From Atractiella rhizophila (lineage: Eukaryota): a DNA stretch of 20,000 nucleotides. Of the stretch, positions 1 to 10,610 are shown piece after piece; the first letter of the stretch is position 1; the number at the start of each line of letters is the position of its first letter. The position numbers were made by a program, and so were the translations under genes. The stretch lies in contig MU271378.1 in assembly GCA_021432655.1 (NCBI GenBank), positions 58,429-78,428 of the forward strand, given 5' to 3'. The notes beneath the pieces are model-generated. The model was not told the origin of the DNA and searched no databases. It saw only the letters and a list, made by a program, of their open reading frames with translations.

Positions 1-1287
1 CCAGGAACCATGGAAGGAAACGAAAGCATTCCTTCTCCAATCGCACAAAAGCCCTAAGCTTCCTTCTACATTAGCTCCAACAATGGAACTACATCCACTA
101 CCCTCTTCTCCACCTCTTGGTCGTCCCAAGAACTTGATATCTAATGGGGCAGAGTGCGCTTGGAAGCTGAGTGTCGGACTTGTAAATTGCTGGTTACAGT
201 CTTCATCCGTGAGCGAAGCGTTGATTGAGAAGCTCGACCCAATTGGCGGCGGTGAAGAAGGTGGGGAAGACACCGAAGAACTCAGATTCCAGTAGGTAAA
301 GCAGCTTGGGTAGCCGAAGGACTCCGGGAGCGAGCCGTTTGAAGGTGGAGGGAGAGGGATGAGATTGAGCTCCTCGGCAGGGTTGTCCCTGTGTATATCG
401 CCAAATTGTTCCGTGCTCACCTGATCCTGTACCGCATTCAACCCAAGGCGTCGTCAAAGACAGGAAAGGAGCAATACGGATGGACGTACGGCTGAGTTCT
501 CGACTTCCCACAGGTTCCCTCGATCATCAAACGACATCCCAACTCCGTTTCTCAATCCCCAGGCGACCAGTTCACCCTCCATCCAGTCGACCACCGTCCC
601 ATTCCCTACAAGAACAGCGGACGAAACATTGTTAATCTCGAGGCTAAACCTACGAATTTGGCTTCTTCCTGTGAACACGTCTGCGGCCCCTGCGTCCACG
701 TTCTCTTGCGAGCCACGGGAGACGTAGAGGAACTGGCCATCGTCGGATAATAGCAATGTCCTGATCTGATTCAGTTGCAATACATTCTGTAGAGGTGATG
801 CTTACCTTGTTGAATGATCGGCATTCGACATTCCATTTACTAGCTCCTCTCTTGAATTAGGATCAACCGTGAACGTGCCGCTGTTGTATGCCCAACGAAA
901 CACTGAGTCTGAGCTCGAAGCATAGAGATACGTCGTCTGGCTGTCGCCTGTGGAAGGGAGGGAGGATGAAAGTTCGATGCCATGATTAAGGTCGGTTTGA
1001 TTGATGATATACGACTTCTTCCAACCCCCTAGGCAGTCCGCTGTGTTCTCTTGGACGACTGAGATGCCGACTCCCCTTTCAACAACCAGAAGAGTTGCTT
1101 GATTCGCATTCGAATTCAATGGATCAAGGATTATTCCTCTTGGACTTGTGAGAGCATTCTGTATCACGGAAACGGTGCTCGAGGGAGCGTAGGAAATGGT
1201 GTGAGAAGGTTGCAGGCTTGATTGGCATGTTGTTTGGCCAGTTACGAACGTGAGAAGGGAGACAAGCAGGAACGAGGACAAAAGCAT
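1..1287 (-). CDS. Secreted PQQ-dependent sugar (pyranose/sorbosone) dehydrogenase, CAZy AA12-like beta-propeller; 3' end runs off the window. Exons 1287-806, 760-490, 426-<1
   Basis: Signal peptide MLLSSFLLVSLLTFVTG. GT-AG introns 761-805 and 427-489 join in phase to give the motifs PRGI, LNHGIELS, YLYASS, HSTRTLL, VSRGSQENVD, WGLRNGVG, LWEVENSAD, DIHRDNPAEELN, GYPSCF, FQAHSAPLDIKF and AFVSFHGSW. The third exon is absent from the ORF track. Confidence 0.88.
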
Positions 1288-1649
1288 TTCCGTGATGACA
1301 ACTTCCTTATCAGAAGTGAGTGGAGGATCAATACAGTAAGGACCCGACTTCTCTTAAATTATAAAGCAAGCAGGCGGAAGATAAGAGGAACAAGAAAAGG
1401 TGCTTCACGCCGAGTCTTGGCAGTCATTGGTTACTGGTTGGCAATAGTTGGGAGCACAAGATCATTACATCATTATCAGTTCACCAGAGAACACTTTCTT
1501 TTCTCCCAAAGGGTTTCCTGCCTTGAGACTGACCATAGTATGTTGCGATCAATGATATCTGAGAGCAAGGAATAAAGCTGACTCAGTGCAAAAAAGCGCG
1601 ATAAAATCCATCACGCGTTCGGCCACCCCGAAACTTCACCATTCCAAAT

Positions 1650-2573
1650 ATGTCGGCTGCCACGAAAGACAACTGGAATCCTCAGCACTATAGCACGAAT
1701 GCATCTTTTGTCTTTTCAAAGACCAACACGCTCCCACTCTTTCAACTCCTCGATCCGCAATCAGGAGACAACATTCTCGACGTAGGATGTGGATCTGGGG
1801 AGCTGACTCTGAGGGAATGGACGACTGCTGTGGGACCAGAAGGAAGCGTCCTCGGAGTCGATAGCAGTCTTTCTATGATTGACGCAGCAAAGAAACTCCT
1901 AGACTCTCATGCCACAGGAAACGCACGATTCCTCGTTGCCGATGGACACAACCTGACGGAGACTCTAAAGAGCGTAGCACCCAACCCATTCGATAAAGTC
2001 GTCTCGAATGCGGCACTTCATTGGATGAAGGAGAATCCAGGAAAGGTCTTCAAGGAAGTTAGTAACGTTTTGAAATCCGGAGGAACCTTCGCGGCTGAGG
2101 TACAGTTCGCTTTACCAGTTGAACAAAATGTTAATCGAAGTACCTTGAACAGATGGGTGGCTTCCTGAATATCATCGGCGTGCGATCCGCCCTGCATCTA
2201 GCCTTCAAGAAAAGGGGTCTGAACTCAGAAGAGGCAGATCCATGGTGGTTCCCTACTCCCGCCGCTTGTCAAGAATTACTAGAAGCAGCAGGTTTTCGAG
2301 TAGAATCTATAGGTGAGGTTGTTCCCCCGCTCTAGGCGTCGTTTTATGCCAGAGACAGAGCTGGTTCCACGACCTACGACGCTAAATGAGACGGGCTTGA
2401 AAGGATGGCTCGAAAATTTTGGAGAACCTTGGTTTAAGAAGTTGAAAAAACAGGAGGAGAAGAGTGAGCTGATAGACGAGCTGTCAGACATGCTCAGAGT
2501 AGACATGTGCGACGAGAAGGGTATTTGGACTCTGATGTATGTCCGCCTTAGGTTCAAAGCAGTAAAAGAGTAG
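1650..2573 (+). CDS. Class I SAM-dependent methyltransferase (trans-aconitate methyltransferase-like), 274 aa. Exons 1650-2099, 2153-2312, 2359-2573
   Basis: Motif I ILDVGCGSG, plus VLGVDSS, FDKVVSNAALHW, LKSGGTFAAEMGG, PWWFPT and MYVRLRFKA. Two phase-consistent GT-AG introns, 2100-2152 and 2313-2358. No signal peptide. Confidence 0.9.
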
Positions 2574-3008
2574 CCAATTAAAATCATAAGCTCTGAAGTT
2601 TCAAACAAATATTAGAGACCTAAGAATGAAAGTATCCTCACGGAGGCTCGCAAAGCTAGCGGAGGTATGAAGTGATCCTATAGATTACACACACTCACCA
2701 CAATTACTTCTCCACCATACACACCATCTACGTGTGCTATCTTCTGTACTGGTTATAAACTCTTATTAACAGCGTTCAAATCACTCCCCCATGGTGGAGC
2801 GCATCGCATTTTAGAACAAGCACAATTGCTTCAAACGAAATCCGACCGGCAAAACCTCAAAGCACTCAAAGCTCAGAAACTTGCACAGAAGAGTTGTGTT
2901 TTTGACCAAAGTGCCTTAGAAATATGCTCCAGCTCAGAATGTGGGTATGTGTTACATTTGACAATTTGTATCTGTCGACTACAAACGACCACTAGTCCAA
3001 TGTAACAT

Positions 3009-4759
3009 TCAGAGCTTGGTTTTATTCCTCAGACGTCTGTGCTTAATGAACTTTGACGTCCCTATCCATCCTTTCAGGAACGTCTCTTTCTCGACGAAAA
3101 GCAGACACTCACTCTTCAACATTCTTAATTTTGCCAATGCCTCTCGCAAGATATCCTCCTCATCAATCGCGTCAATTTCTTCCTGGGTTAACGGCTGTGT
3201 ATCAGCTGCAGCTTGCCCAGCGGCGGCTTGGCCAGCAGCGGCTTCTAGGAAATATAGTTAGACTGGGTAGAAGAATCAAGAGAGTGCTGCTTACGGGTAG
3301 ACTGGCGACCACCTCCTGCTGTGTTAACATTGTCAGCAGTATTGGTATTTCCTGCTGTGTTAACAACAGTGCCAGCAGCATTGGCATTGCCAGCCGCCGC
3401 GGTGCCGGCAGTATTCGCAGTTCCAGCAGTATTCGCGTTGCCGGCAGTATTGGCGTTACCAGCAGTATTCCCATTTCCAGCAGCAGTATTCGCGGTTCCA
3501 GCAGCAGTATTCGCGGTTCCTGCAGTTCCTGCGGTATTGGCAGTTCCGGCAGTATTGGCGGTCCCAGCAGTATTAGCCGTTCCAGCAGTGTTGGTATTGC
3601 CAGCCGCCGCAGTGCCAGCAGTGTTGGCGTTACCAGCAGTATTGGCAGTGCCGGCAGTATTGGCAGTTCCTGCAGCAGCAGCGGCAGTAGCATTCCCAGC
3701 GGTATTCCCGGCGTTCTGAGTGAAGGCAACACATCCTATCCATCACAAGGAAACGTCACCTCTCTAACAACAGTGCAAAACCACCAAAAAAAAATACCAC
3801 CGAAGGGCCCTGCGCGTGCCGAGTTCATGCAGCGAACGATACAGCTGTTTCCGGGACCTGGGTACCCTCAGCACATGTAGGAAGAGAAAAATAAAAGCCC
3901 ACCAGTGCAAGTGGTGCCTGCTGGTGCTTGAGCTACTAATGCGAAATCGGTCGCACGAGCTTGAGAACGAGAACGCTCCCCCGGCACATTTGTAGTGACG
4001 GTCATAGCAACGAAAGTCTGAGCCGTTCCGTCGCTAATAGTCTGTCAGCACGGGAGAGAGAGGTAACGGAAGAAGACGAACGTGTTGATTTGGCAAGTAT
4101 AGGGCTTGCATGCATGTCAGCTTTGACAATAGATGGGAAAATATTAAGACTAACACCAGCGCCATCGCCGTTGACTTGATCTGTTGAATTCGAGAAAAAA
4201 AATCAACATCAAAGGACTAGAGAATTAAGAGGAAGAGACTGACGCAGTGTCATGGTTGCGACCCCATCAGCACTCAAATCAGGCATTCCAGCCGCTACCG
4301 CTATATGTCTTCTTCAGTTGTCCTTCTTCAAACTTCAAAAAAGAGAATAGACCTGCGGCGAGTTGGGTAGCCACATCATTCGGGCCACCAGCCAGAGTCT
4401 CACCACATCCGGGATCCGCTACACCCTGTCAAGGCGTTCAGTATACGCGAACGAACTGGGGTATCAAGTACGCACATTGTCAACTTCAAAGACGGTTGTG
4501 TCCTGTTGAAATGGTCTTCTCCTCGTGCCATCTCTTGGAGTTGACGCAATGATGCCTACAAGGACGCTCAGCGATGACAGGAAAAGAAGGAAAAGTACCA
4601 ACCAAACGCTTGTGACTTTACACCATTTGGTCCCTGATCAAGCCCATTTTAGAGATGATTCGCTGACAAAAGCAGCAAGCTCACAGTAGCACCCGTAATT
4701 GCTCCATGGCCAAAGGCACTTGACACAAAGAGAGAACAGAAGACGAGAGCAGAAATCAT
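3009..4759 (-). CDS. Secreted Egh16/GAS1/CAS1-like (DUF3129) protein, ~393 aa, 12 exons: 4759-4685, 4633-4603, 4555-4476, 4425-4353, 4300-4244, 4180-4155, 4104-4082, 4033-3903, 3857-3798, 3735-3295, 3244-3113, 3061-3009
   Basis: Missed by the ORF track. Eleven 45-63 nt GT-AG introns join in phase. Signal peptide MISALVFCSLFVSSAFG then HGAITG. Family motifs TPRDGTRRRPFQQDTTVF, CGETLAGGPND, MTLHQVNGDGAGPYTC, VTTNVPG and CIVRCMNSARAGPFGGCV, with 6 Cys in the domain. An A/T/N/G repeat region, an acidic segment (EEIDAIDEEDIL) and a basic tail follow. Confidence 0.9.
3310..3715 (-). repeat. Coding degenerate ~18-bp tandem repeat encoding about 17 N-T-A-G-(T/N)-A units
   Basis: Recurring plus-strand ccagcagtattggc/ccggcagtattcgc units. 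Minus-strand translation ...GTANTAGTANTAGNANTAGTA... is in frame with exon 10 of the DUF3129 gene. Confidence 0.93.
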
Positions 4760-5713
4760 GACTTTGGAAGAAGGAGGGGTTGGAGTGCACAGCACAAGAA
4801 TATCACGAAGAGAAGAGTGAGACCAAGCTGGAGAACAGGAAACTGGTAGGCTGCCTTATAAATGCTCGAGGTGAGCATAAGGTCCTACGGCCGCCACTGA
4901 GACCACGGAACATTTCCATATCCCGATGGTAGTACTAGTGACAAGATATTGTCAACGGTGGGATCTTGATGAATTCAGTCATGAGCGGACATATCGACAC
5001 GGAATCCAGAATTGCAGAAGAGAAGTTCCATCTGGTATTTGTCAACCCTTCGTCTAGGTATGGATTGAATTTAGCGGTAACAGCGTCAACAAGGCTTGCA
5101 AACAAAGGAGACATTTCACAATAGATTAATTTACTCAATTCGACTTCTTGGCGTTAGCAGCATTCCCACAGTTGCAAGTTCCCAAAGACGAACTCCAGTG
5201 GACACCTGGGACACGGTTCTTAGTGAATAGTAGGATGAAGGGCCTGCCAATCGGTAGGCAAATCGGTTGCTTGGGAAACCGTCCCAACAGGTCTAGCTCC
5301 CCTCCATACTCACACCTTCACTCAACCGTCAGCGGATACTCGGTGCTAAGGAGACGGCTAGAATGTAATTCCCCCACTTCGTCTTCCTTTCCACAAGTAT
5401 TCTGACCTTTCGGCAGCAACCATCGTCCAGGTCCGGCGAACTCACCAAGCTCAAGTTGAATCAACGATTCCCACCTCCAACCAATTCCACAACTTATCCA
5501 TGTTGCAATGATGGATTCTCGTTCTCCAATATCATAGTGCCGCAATGAAGAGTCACCATCTGATCCTTTTCCTGCAAAACTACAAAATTTTCCCATATTC
5601 GTGAAGTACGCGCCAAAGTACGTACAGTTCAGAAATTTATGACGTCTCGCAGCGGCAGCTCTTGAAGCAGAGGTACCATCCTTGCAAGAATATCCTGGCG
5701 CCAGCGAAGTAGC

Positions 5714-8340
5714 ATGCGCTCACGCTACGGCCTCATATACGACTATTTCCAAAACCTCACTACCTCACGCCTGCTGCGAGAGCAGAAACTGCACGAATTT
5801 CGACTTCAGGCGCGTTCTCTACCCCCATACAAGTTCAGTGCCACCTCCCCAACTCTTAGTCGAGGTTTTCGCACATTCTCCTGTGTTCGTGAAGACATTA
5901 GAGGTGGTACCACCGGTGGAATAAACGGGAAAGAAGGAAGCGGCGGAACGAGGGAGGAGGGAGAGGAACAAAAACATCAAACCCATGGATGGAGCCCTTC
6001 GAGCTATTTCTCCTCTCTCCCGCCACGCTTACTGTCCTACCTACCCATCCATGCTCTACCACCCAACCCGAAACTTTCAGACATCTGGGGACACCTTCCG
6101 TCCTCACAGCTCTCCTGGCTCAATAGGCTGAGATTACGTTTCAAATGGCTAACCATCAGGTACGCTTCTTCTCGTTCCTCTAGGCCAAAAAAGGGGAGTA
6201 GTGATCGTTCTTGTTGTATTTTTACCTGGTATAGGAGTTTTAGGCGGTACAGAACGGATGATTGGAGTGCATTCGTTACTTGGGCACTTTCAGGGGTGCT
6301 AGGATGGATTGTCATCGGCACGTACGTATTCTTCTTACATTCATTCCGTTGTCCCTTCTTTCTGCTCGAAACTTGCAATGAAATGCACCTCTTTATCAAT
6401 TCATTTGCATGCCCCAAAGCAAAGCAAAGCAGGTAGAAATTCGACTAACCACCTTCCTAATACACAGGACAAGTTTCTTCGCTTTCAGCTTTACCATCCT
6501 CAATTCTCTCCAGATGCAAGGTCTGCCTTCTATGTCCAAAACTATTCTCGTTGACGGGGCAGCTCGCAGAGTACATCGCACAACAGCTTGGAGACTACCT
6601 CTCTTCACAAACATCCAAACCTCGCGTATACATCGTCTTTGAATCTGCCATCGTGCCCAAATGGGGACTCCCCTTCACTTCTCAAGATACGAAGATCTCA
6701 TTCCGGAACGTCTACGTCCACCGTGGCCCTCTGTCAAAAGACTTTCCTCGCGAACTTCTTCCAACAAAAGAACCTCAGGCAGACCATATCCCAGAACCGG
6801 AACAACATAGGAGCTTTCATAGAGAGGCACGGAAAGAGGAAGTCGAAGTGGATGAGGATGATGGGAATTATACAAACTTCCATCTGACCGTGGATTCCAT
6901 TGATGTCACCTTGTCGCTCTGGAGGTGGTTGGATGGGAAGGGGTTGGTGAAAGGGGCAGAAGTCAAAGGCGTACGAGGAATCGTTGGCAAGTCCCTACTT
7001 AGCTCCTTGTTGCACAATCAGCGACTAACCAGAAAGATGCAGATCGAAGTCACATTCAGTACGACCCCGACGTGATATTCGATCGCACGACCTTTCGTCA
7101 CAAGGCGGCGCCTGGTGATTTCCACCTGGAATCTTTCAGGATCGAAGACTTTCTCGTCACCGTCCACCAACCAGCCAACTTCCGCCCTTTTATTTTCTCC
7201 ATCTTTGAAGCGAGAATGCGACAACTTCGAAAACAATGGCTTTTCTTCGACCTTCTCTCGGCGGACAGCATCATTGGGCAAGTCGATAATTGCCTTTACT
7301 CACTACATAAACCTCAAAGCATTGGGAGGACGAGCGAGATGGACTTGAAAGATGGGACTTGGAAGAAGATGGTAAGCCCTTCGTTTCTTTCAACGTCTAG
7401 AACGTTGTCCTAATGGAACAACAGTCGAGGTTTCGAGTGGACGGAGTACCAATTGACCACCTCCAACAAAGCGTTGCTCCGTCAACCTCTGCCTCTCTAG
7501 GTCCAATAGGGTGGATCACATCCGGAAAGGTAGATGTCGTGGCCGATATTCGATTCCCTCACGAACCTACGGACGACGTTAACATCAACGCCATTGTTCA
7601 CGAAATCATCGACAATCTGGACGTCAATAAGAACAGTCAGAAGATTGGAAAGGATGCGGAAGAGCGCGAAAGGAGGCGGGAGAGGGAGGAAGAGAGGATT
7701 CCGGGACAGAGGGGACTGAGTAGAGATGCCCTCGAAGTTCCAGAGGCATTGCGGTCGCTGTTCAAATGGGAAAGACCTGAAGATGTGCAGCGTATCGTCT
7801 CAATTGACCTCGATATCCGTTTTAAGGACATAAAAGCCACCGTTCCTGTGAGTTAGCTTACCATTTCCATTTCCACTTCCTCACTCAGGTTACGATAGGT
7901 CTTCTCTCGCGACCTCTCATACGTCAATTTAGCGTTGGTCCGGCCCGTTGTGGCTTTCAGTGCGCATTTCTTTCTGCACCTAGGAGGCGAACTAAATTTG
8001 TCTCAAGTGAACGCGAACCACACCCTCATCCCCATCCGCTGCTTCGTGAACTTGGACCTAGTGCGTCCCTTCCCTGCCTGTCTAGGTCTTGCTAACGACT
8101 TCCGTCATGCAGGCTGAATTTGATGGATCGTGGACAGTCTTTGACTGCGGTCTTCTGGATGAAGTGTCAGCTCAAATCTGGGCTGCGCTCGCTTACCACG
8201 TCCAGTCCAGTGTTGTCAACAGGAAGAGAGCGCAGACGGTCTCCCTCTGGACGTTGAGGATGGCTGCACAGGCACTCTTGGGTTTCTTAGAGTCGTTCAA
8301 GTCTACTTTTGGTGAACAGCTCCACTGGCACGCCTTATAA
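5714..8340 (+). CDS. MDM31: Mitochondrial distribution and morphology protein Mdm31, ~698 aa. Exons 5714-6159, 6235-6321, 6468-6520, 6570-6986, 7043-7371, 7425-7847, 7899-7959, 8008-8060, 8113-8340
   Basis: Motifs RFKWLTIRSFRRYRTDDWSAF, VFESAIVPKW, DSIDVTLSLWRWLDGKG, GVRGIVDR, GDFHLESF, QPANFRPF, LRKQWLFFD, SRFRVDGVPIDHL, WITSGKVDV and FDGSWTVFD. Arg/Ser/Leu-rich N-terminus. Eight phase-consistent introns, one of them GC-AG. The start codon is less certain. Confidence 0.92.
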
Positions 8341-8621
8341 TGACAGACATTAGGGCTAGTTCTGGTTTTTGTTGTGTGCATATTCAGATACGGCTTGTTC
8401 TTTCAACGTCAACTCAGTTTTTCTACGCTATTGCAAAGATGGTAGGCAAAGATCATTCAGACATGGTCATCACCGTTCATTCCCATTAGCCAGATGAACA
8501 TAAAGGATAAGGCACTACTCGTAACGGCATGTGAAAGGTGGAGGAGGGGAAGGAATTGGATGAACAAGAAGGGTGGCAAGAAAGGCGGTTCTAACGGGAT
8601 TCCATCGACGCTGAATGAAGT

Positions 8622-9300
8622 TTACGACGACTTGTCCTCTTGGCTGGCAGAATAGTATCGCCAAGCGATGTCTGTTGTCCCAATTTATCAATGACACTCG
8701 CTTTAGAACATGGAGCTAAACATACAAACTGCAAGAATGGCTAGAGGGAAGAGGTATCCCATGCCACCACCGGACCTAAATCCTATCCCTCAGTATTGGC
8801 ATTGTTAGGCACAAAATCGAGGACGCACTGTTGCTGAATAGCTAGCTTTTGAGCAGCCGACTCGGTCTCTTTCTTCTTCTTGTAGTTGTCCGCTCCCTAC
8901 TTTCACTCTCACTCCGGCTACACCTGAAACACCAAATGACGAACCTCGGGACATTCACCAACGTAGTACTCCTTCATAATGTCCCTTGCTTCGTCGGAGT
9001 GTCCTACATCCTCAAAAGCCTCGGTCGCATCCCGTCCAGCTTCCCCAAGCAGAACTTCGTCTCCTCCAGGATGCTGTCAACGTGGAGCAGTTGAGTTGTC
9101 CAAGTTCACCACAGAGAAAGTGACTACGGACCTCATCGAGGAACTTGGCAATATTGTAAACTGCACAGCTGACGTTTAATATAGTATTTCGAGTGAAACG
9201 ACGGCAAATGCTCACCCTTCCCGTGGATAAGAAGGTGCAGGTCATCCTTTGTCTTGTGCGCGGCGACCTCTTCGAAGGTGAAAACTTTGCCTTCAGACAT
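8622..9300 (-). CDS. CYB5: Cytochrome b5, tail-anchored, 136 aa. Exons 9300-9216, 9160-9132, 9073-8945, 8896-8829, 8775-8726, 8671-8622
   Basis: Spliced translation [68 protein letters not shown]... has both heme-ligand motifs (HPGG, VGHS) and a C-terminal hydrophobic segment [17 protein letters not shown]. Five phase-consistent introns. Confidence 0.96.
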
Positions 9301-9451
9301 TTTCTAAGCTGATACGTCTACGGAGAGAGCTGCTGAGGGAAAGAAAAGGGAGACAGAAAGGAGTTGGTGGTTTTGCTGGAAAAGCTGTTTTTGAATGCCG
9401 CTATCCGCCAACTATCCGTGACCCGAGCGGGCGTATTCTTTTCCCGTCAGG

Positions 9452-9460
9452 AACCAATCA
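9452..9460 (+). promoter_or_regulatory. CCAAT box (AACCAATCA) about 155 bp upstream of the CYB5 start
   Basis: Matches the RRCCAATSR consensus of the CCAAT-binding complex. Function not shown. Confidence 0.35.
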
Positions 9461-9975
9461 CAACCGCGACTTTTCATGTCCTCTCGTCTGACTAGTAGAT
9501 CTGACTTCTGACTTTGATCCAGAATATCTTGCTACAGTGTTAGGACTTTGGCCTCAAGCGTTTTCAGGCTGGTTGACACCTTCCCAAAAAAGAGGGACAC
9601 AGATGGTCAGACAGGATTGGATACCTTTCATACGATATCTAAGAGATAGCGATAAAATGTATTCAACAACAGTCAAGAATGGTGGAACGGATTGATTTAG
9701 GGAACAGATCAAGATGGTTCATTTAGATTTTTGCTCAATGACAATAAGGGATAGAAACAGGAGCGTTTTCGTCAAATAATATCGCAAATCTTCGTTTGGA
9801 ACTTCTGCTACAATTTGTTTTCGTCACTTTATATCGATCACATCGGTGGTTGTAAGTCGCAGTCGAGAAAGAAGCCAGAATCGCAGAATTAAGAATACGA
9901 GAACAAGCTGAGAGAGCCCAGTAGGATAGGGATACGATATGACGGAAACCATGGTCTAATAGTTGCACCGATTGT

Positions 9976-10610
9976 TTATGATGTTCCACGAGAGACCTTG
10001 TCAAGGACTGCAAAAGGTCATTAGCGATAAATGGTGATAATACGAAGTAAGGGACAAACCGTTCTCGTAGGCGACTTCACTCAGGTCGGTTCCTTGAATC
10101 TCAGCGGCAACACCTTGGAGGGATCGCCTCAAGGCATCCTTGGAAGAGGCGTACACCATCTTGGATTTGATTTTGGCATTATCGGGGGACCTTCACAGGA
10201 CATCACAACATCAACAACCATTTCCGTTTCCATCGGAAAATCTGCACATACCAAGAGTAAAAGCAAAGCTTGTTCCTCTTGCCATCACCTCCCTTCTCAT
10301 ATTCAAAATCGTACACCGCGTAACGGGGCTCGGTTTCAGGGAGATCTTCGAGGAATTTGTCGTAATCAGCGTCGGCAGAGCTTTTCTCAACAACGATTTC
10401 GGTGTTCGTATCGTTCAAGCGGTAGATGATATATTTGAGCTCTATTTACCAAAATCAGCATCCGCACACGATCACAATAAGGGAATAACTCACTCTTGCC
10501 CAACTTCAACTCCTGAAAGATGGATTGGCACTCAGAGCTGACGGAAACTCCGGAAGACTGCGATTTTGATATCAGCTCAGATCCTGACAAAATCCGAGCC
10601 TGCTCACCAT
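9976..10610 (-). CDS. COF1: Cofilin/ADF, 139 aa. Exons 10610-10608 (ATG only), 10557-10494, 10441-10252, 10190-10060, 10007-9976
   Basis: [29 protein letters not shown]...[11 protein letters not shown]...[36 protein letters not shown]...EIQGTD. Four phase-consistent introns. Confidence 0.97.

Noticed and set aside
3009..3020. C-terminal TKL resembling a PTS1 peroxisomal signal
   Set aside because: It is a non-canonical tripeptide on a protein with a clear N-terminal signal peptide.
3310..3715. CRISPR-like or satellite array
   Set aside because: Units are contiguous, degenerate and codon-phased, with no unique spacers and no cas genes.
3053..3880. Long ORFs 3053-3880(+), 3321-3719(+) and 3202-3732(-) with Ser-rich, PAV or LP repeats
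   Set aside because: They are shadow frames of the stop-poor NTAGxA repeat. The true frame is fixed by splicing to the DUF3129 exons.
4900..5600. Minus-strand ORFs 5318-5596 and 4935-5138 with GTGAGT donor-like sites
   Set aside because: I could not build a phase-consistent spliced ORF or find any motif. Treated as divergent promoter/intergenic DNA, though a lncRNA is not excluded.
9454..9473. HapX bipartite site (CSAAT-N12-RWT) in the CYB5 promoter
   Set aside because: The CCAAT is present, but the triplet 12 nt downstream is TTT, which does not fit RWT.
10031..10541. Plus-strand ORFs of 132-133 aa over cofilin, and similar antisense ORFs over POB3, NSRP1 and MDM31
   Set aside because: Antisense shadows of well-supported genes, with no motifs of their own.
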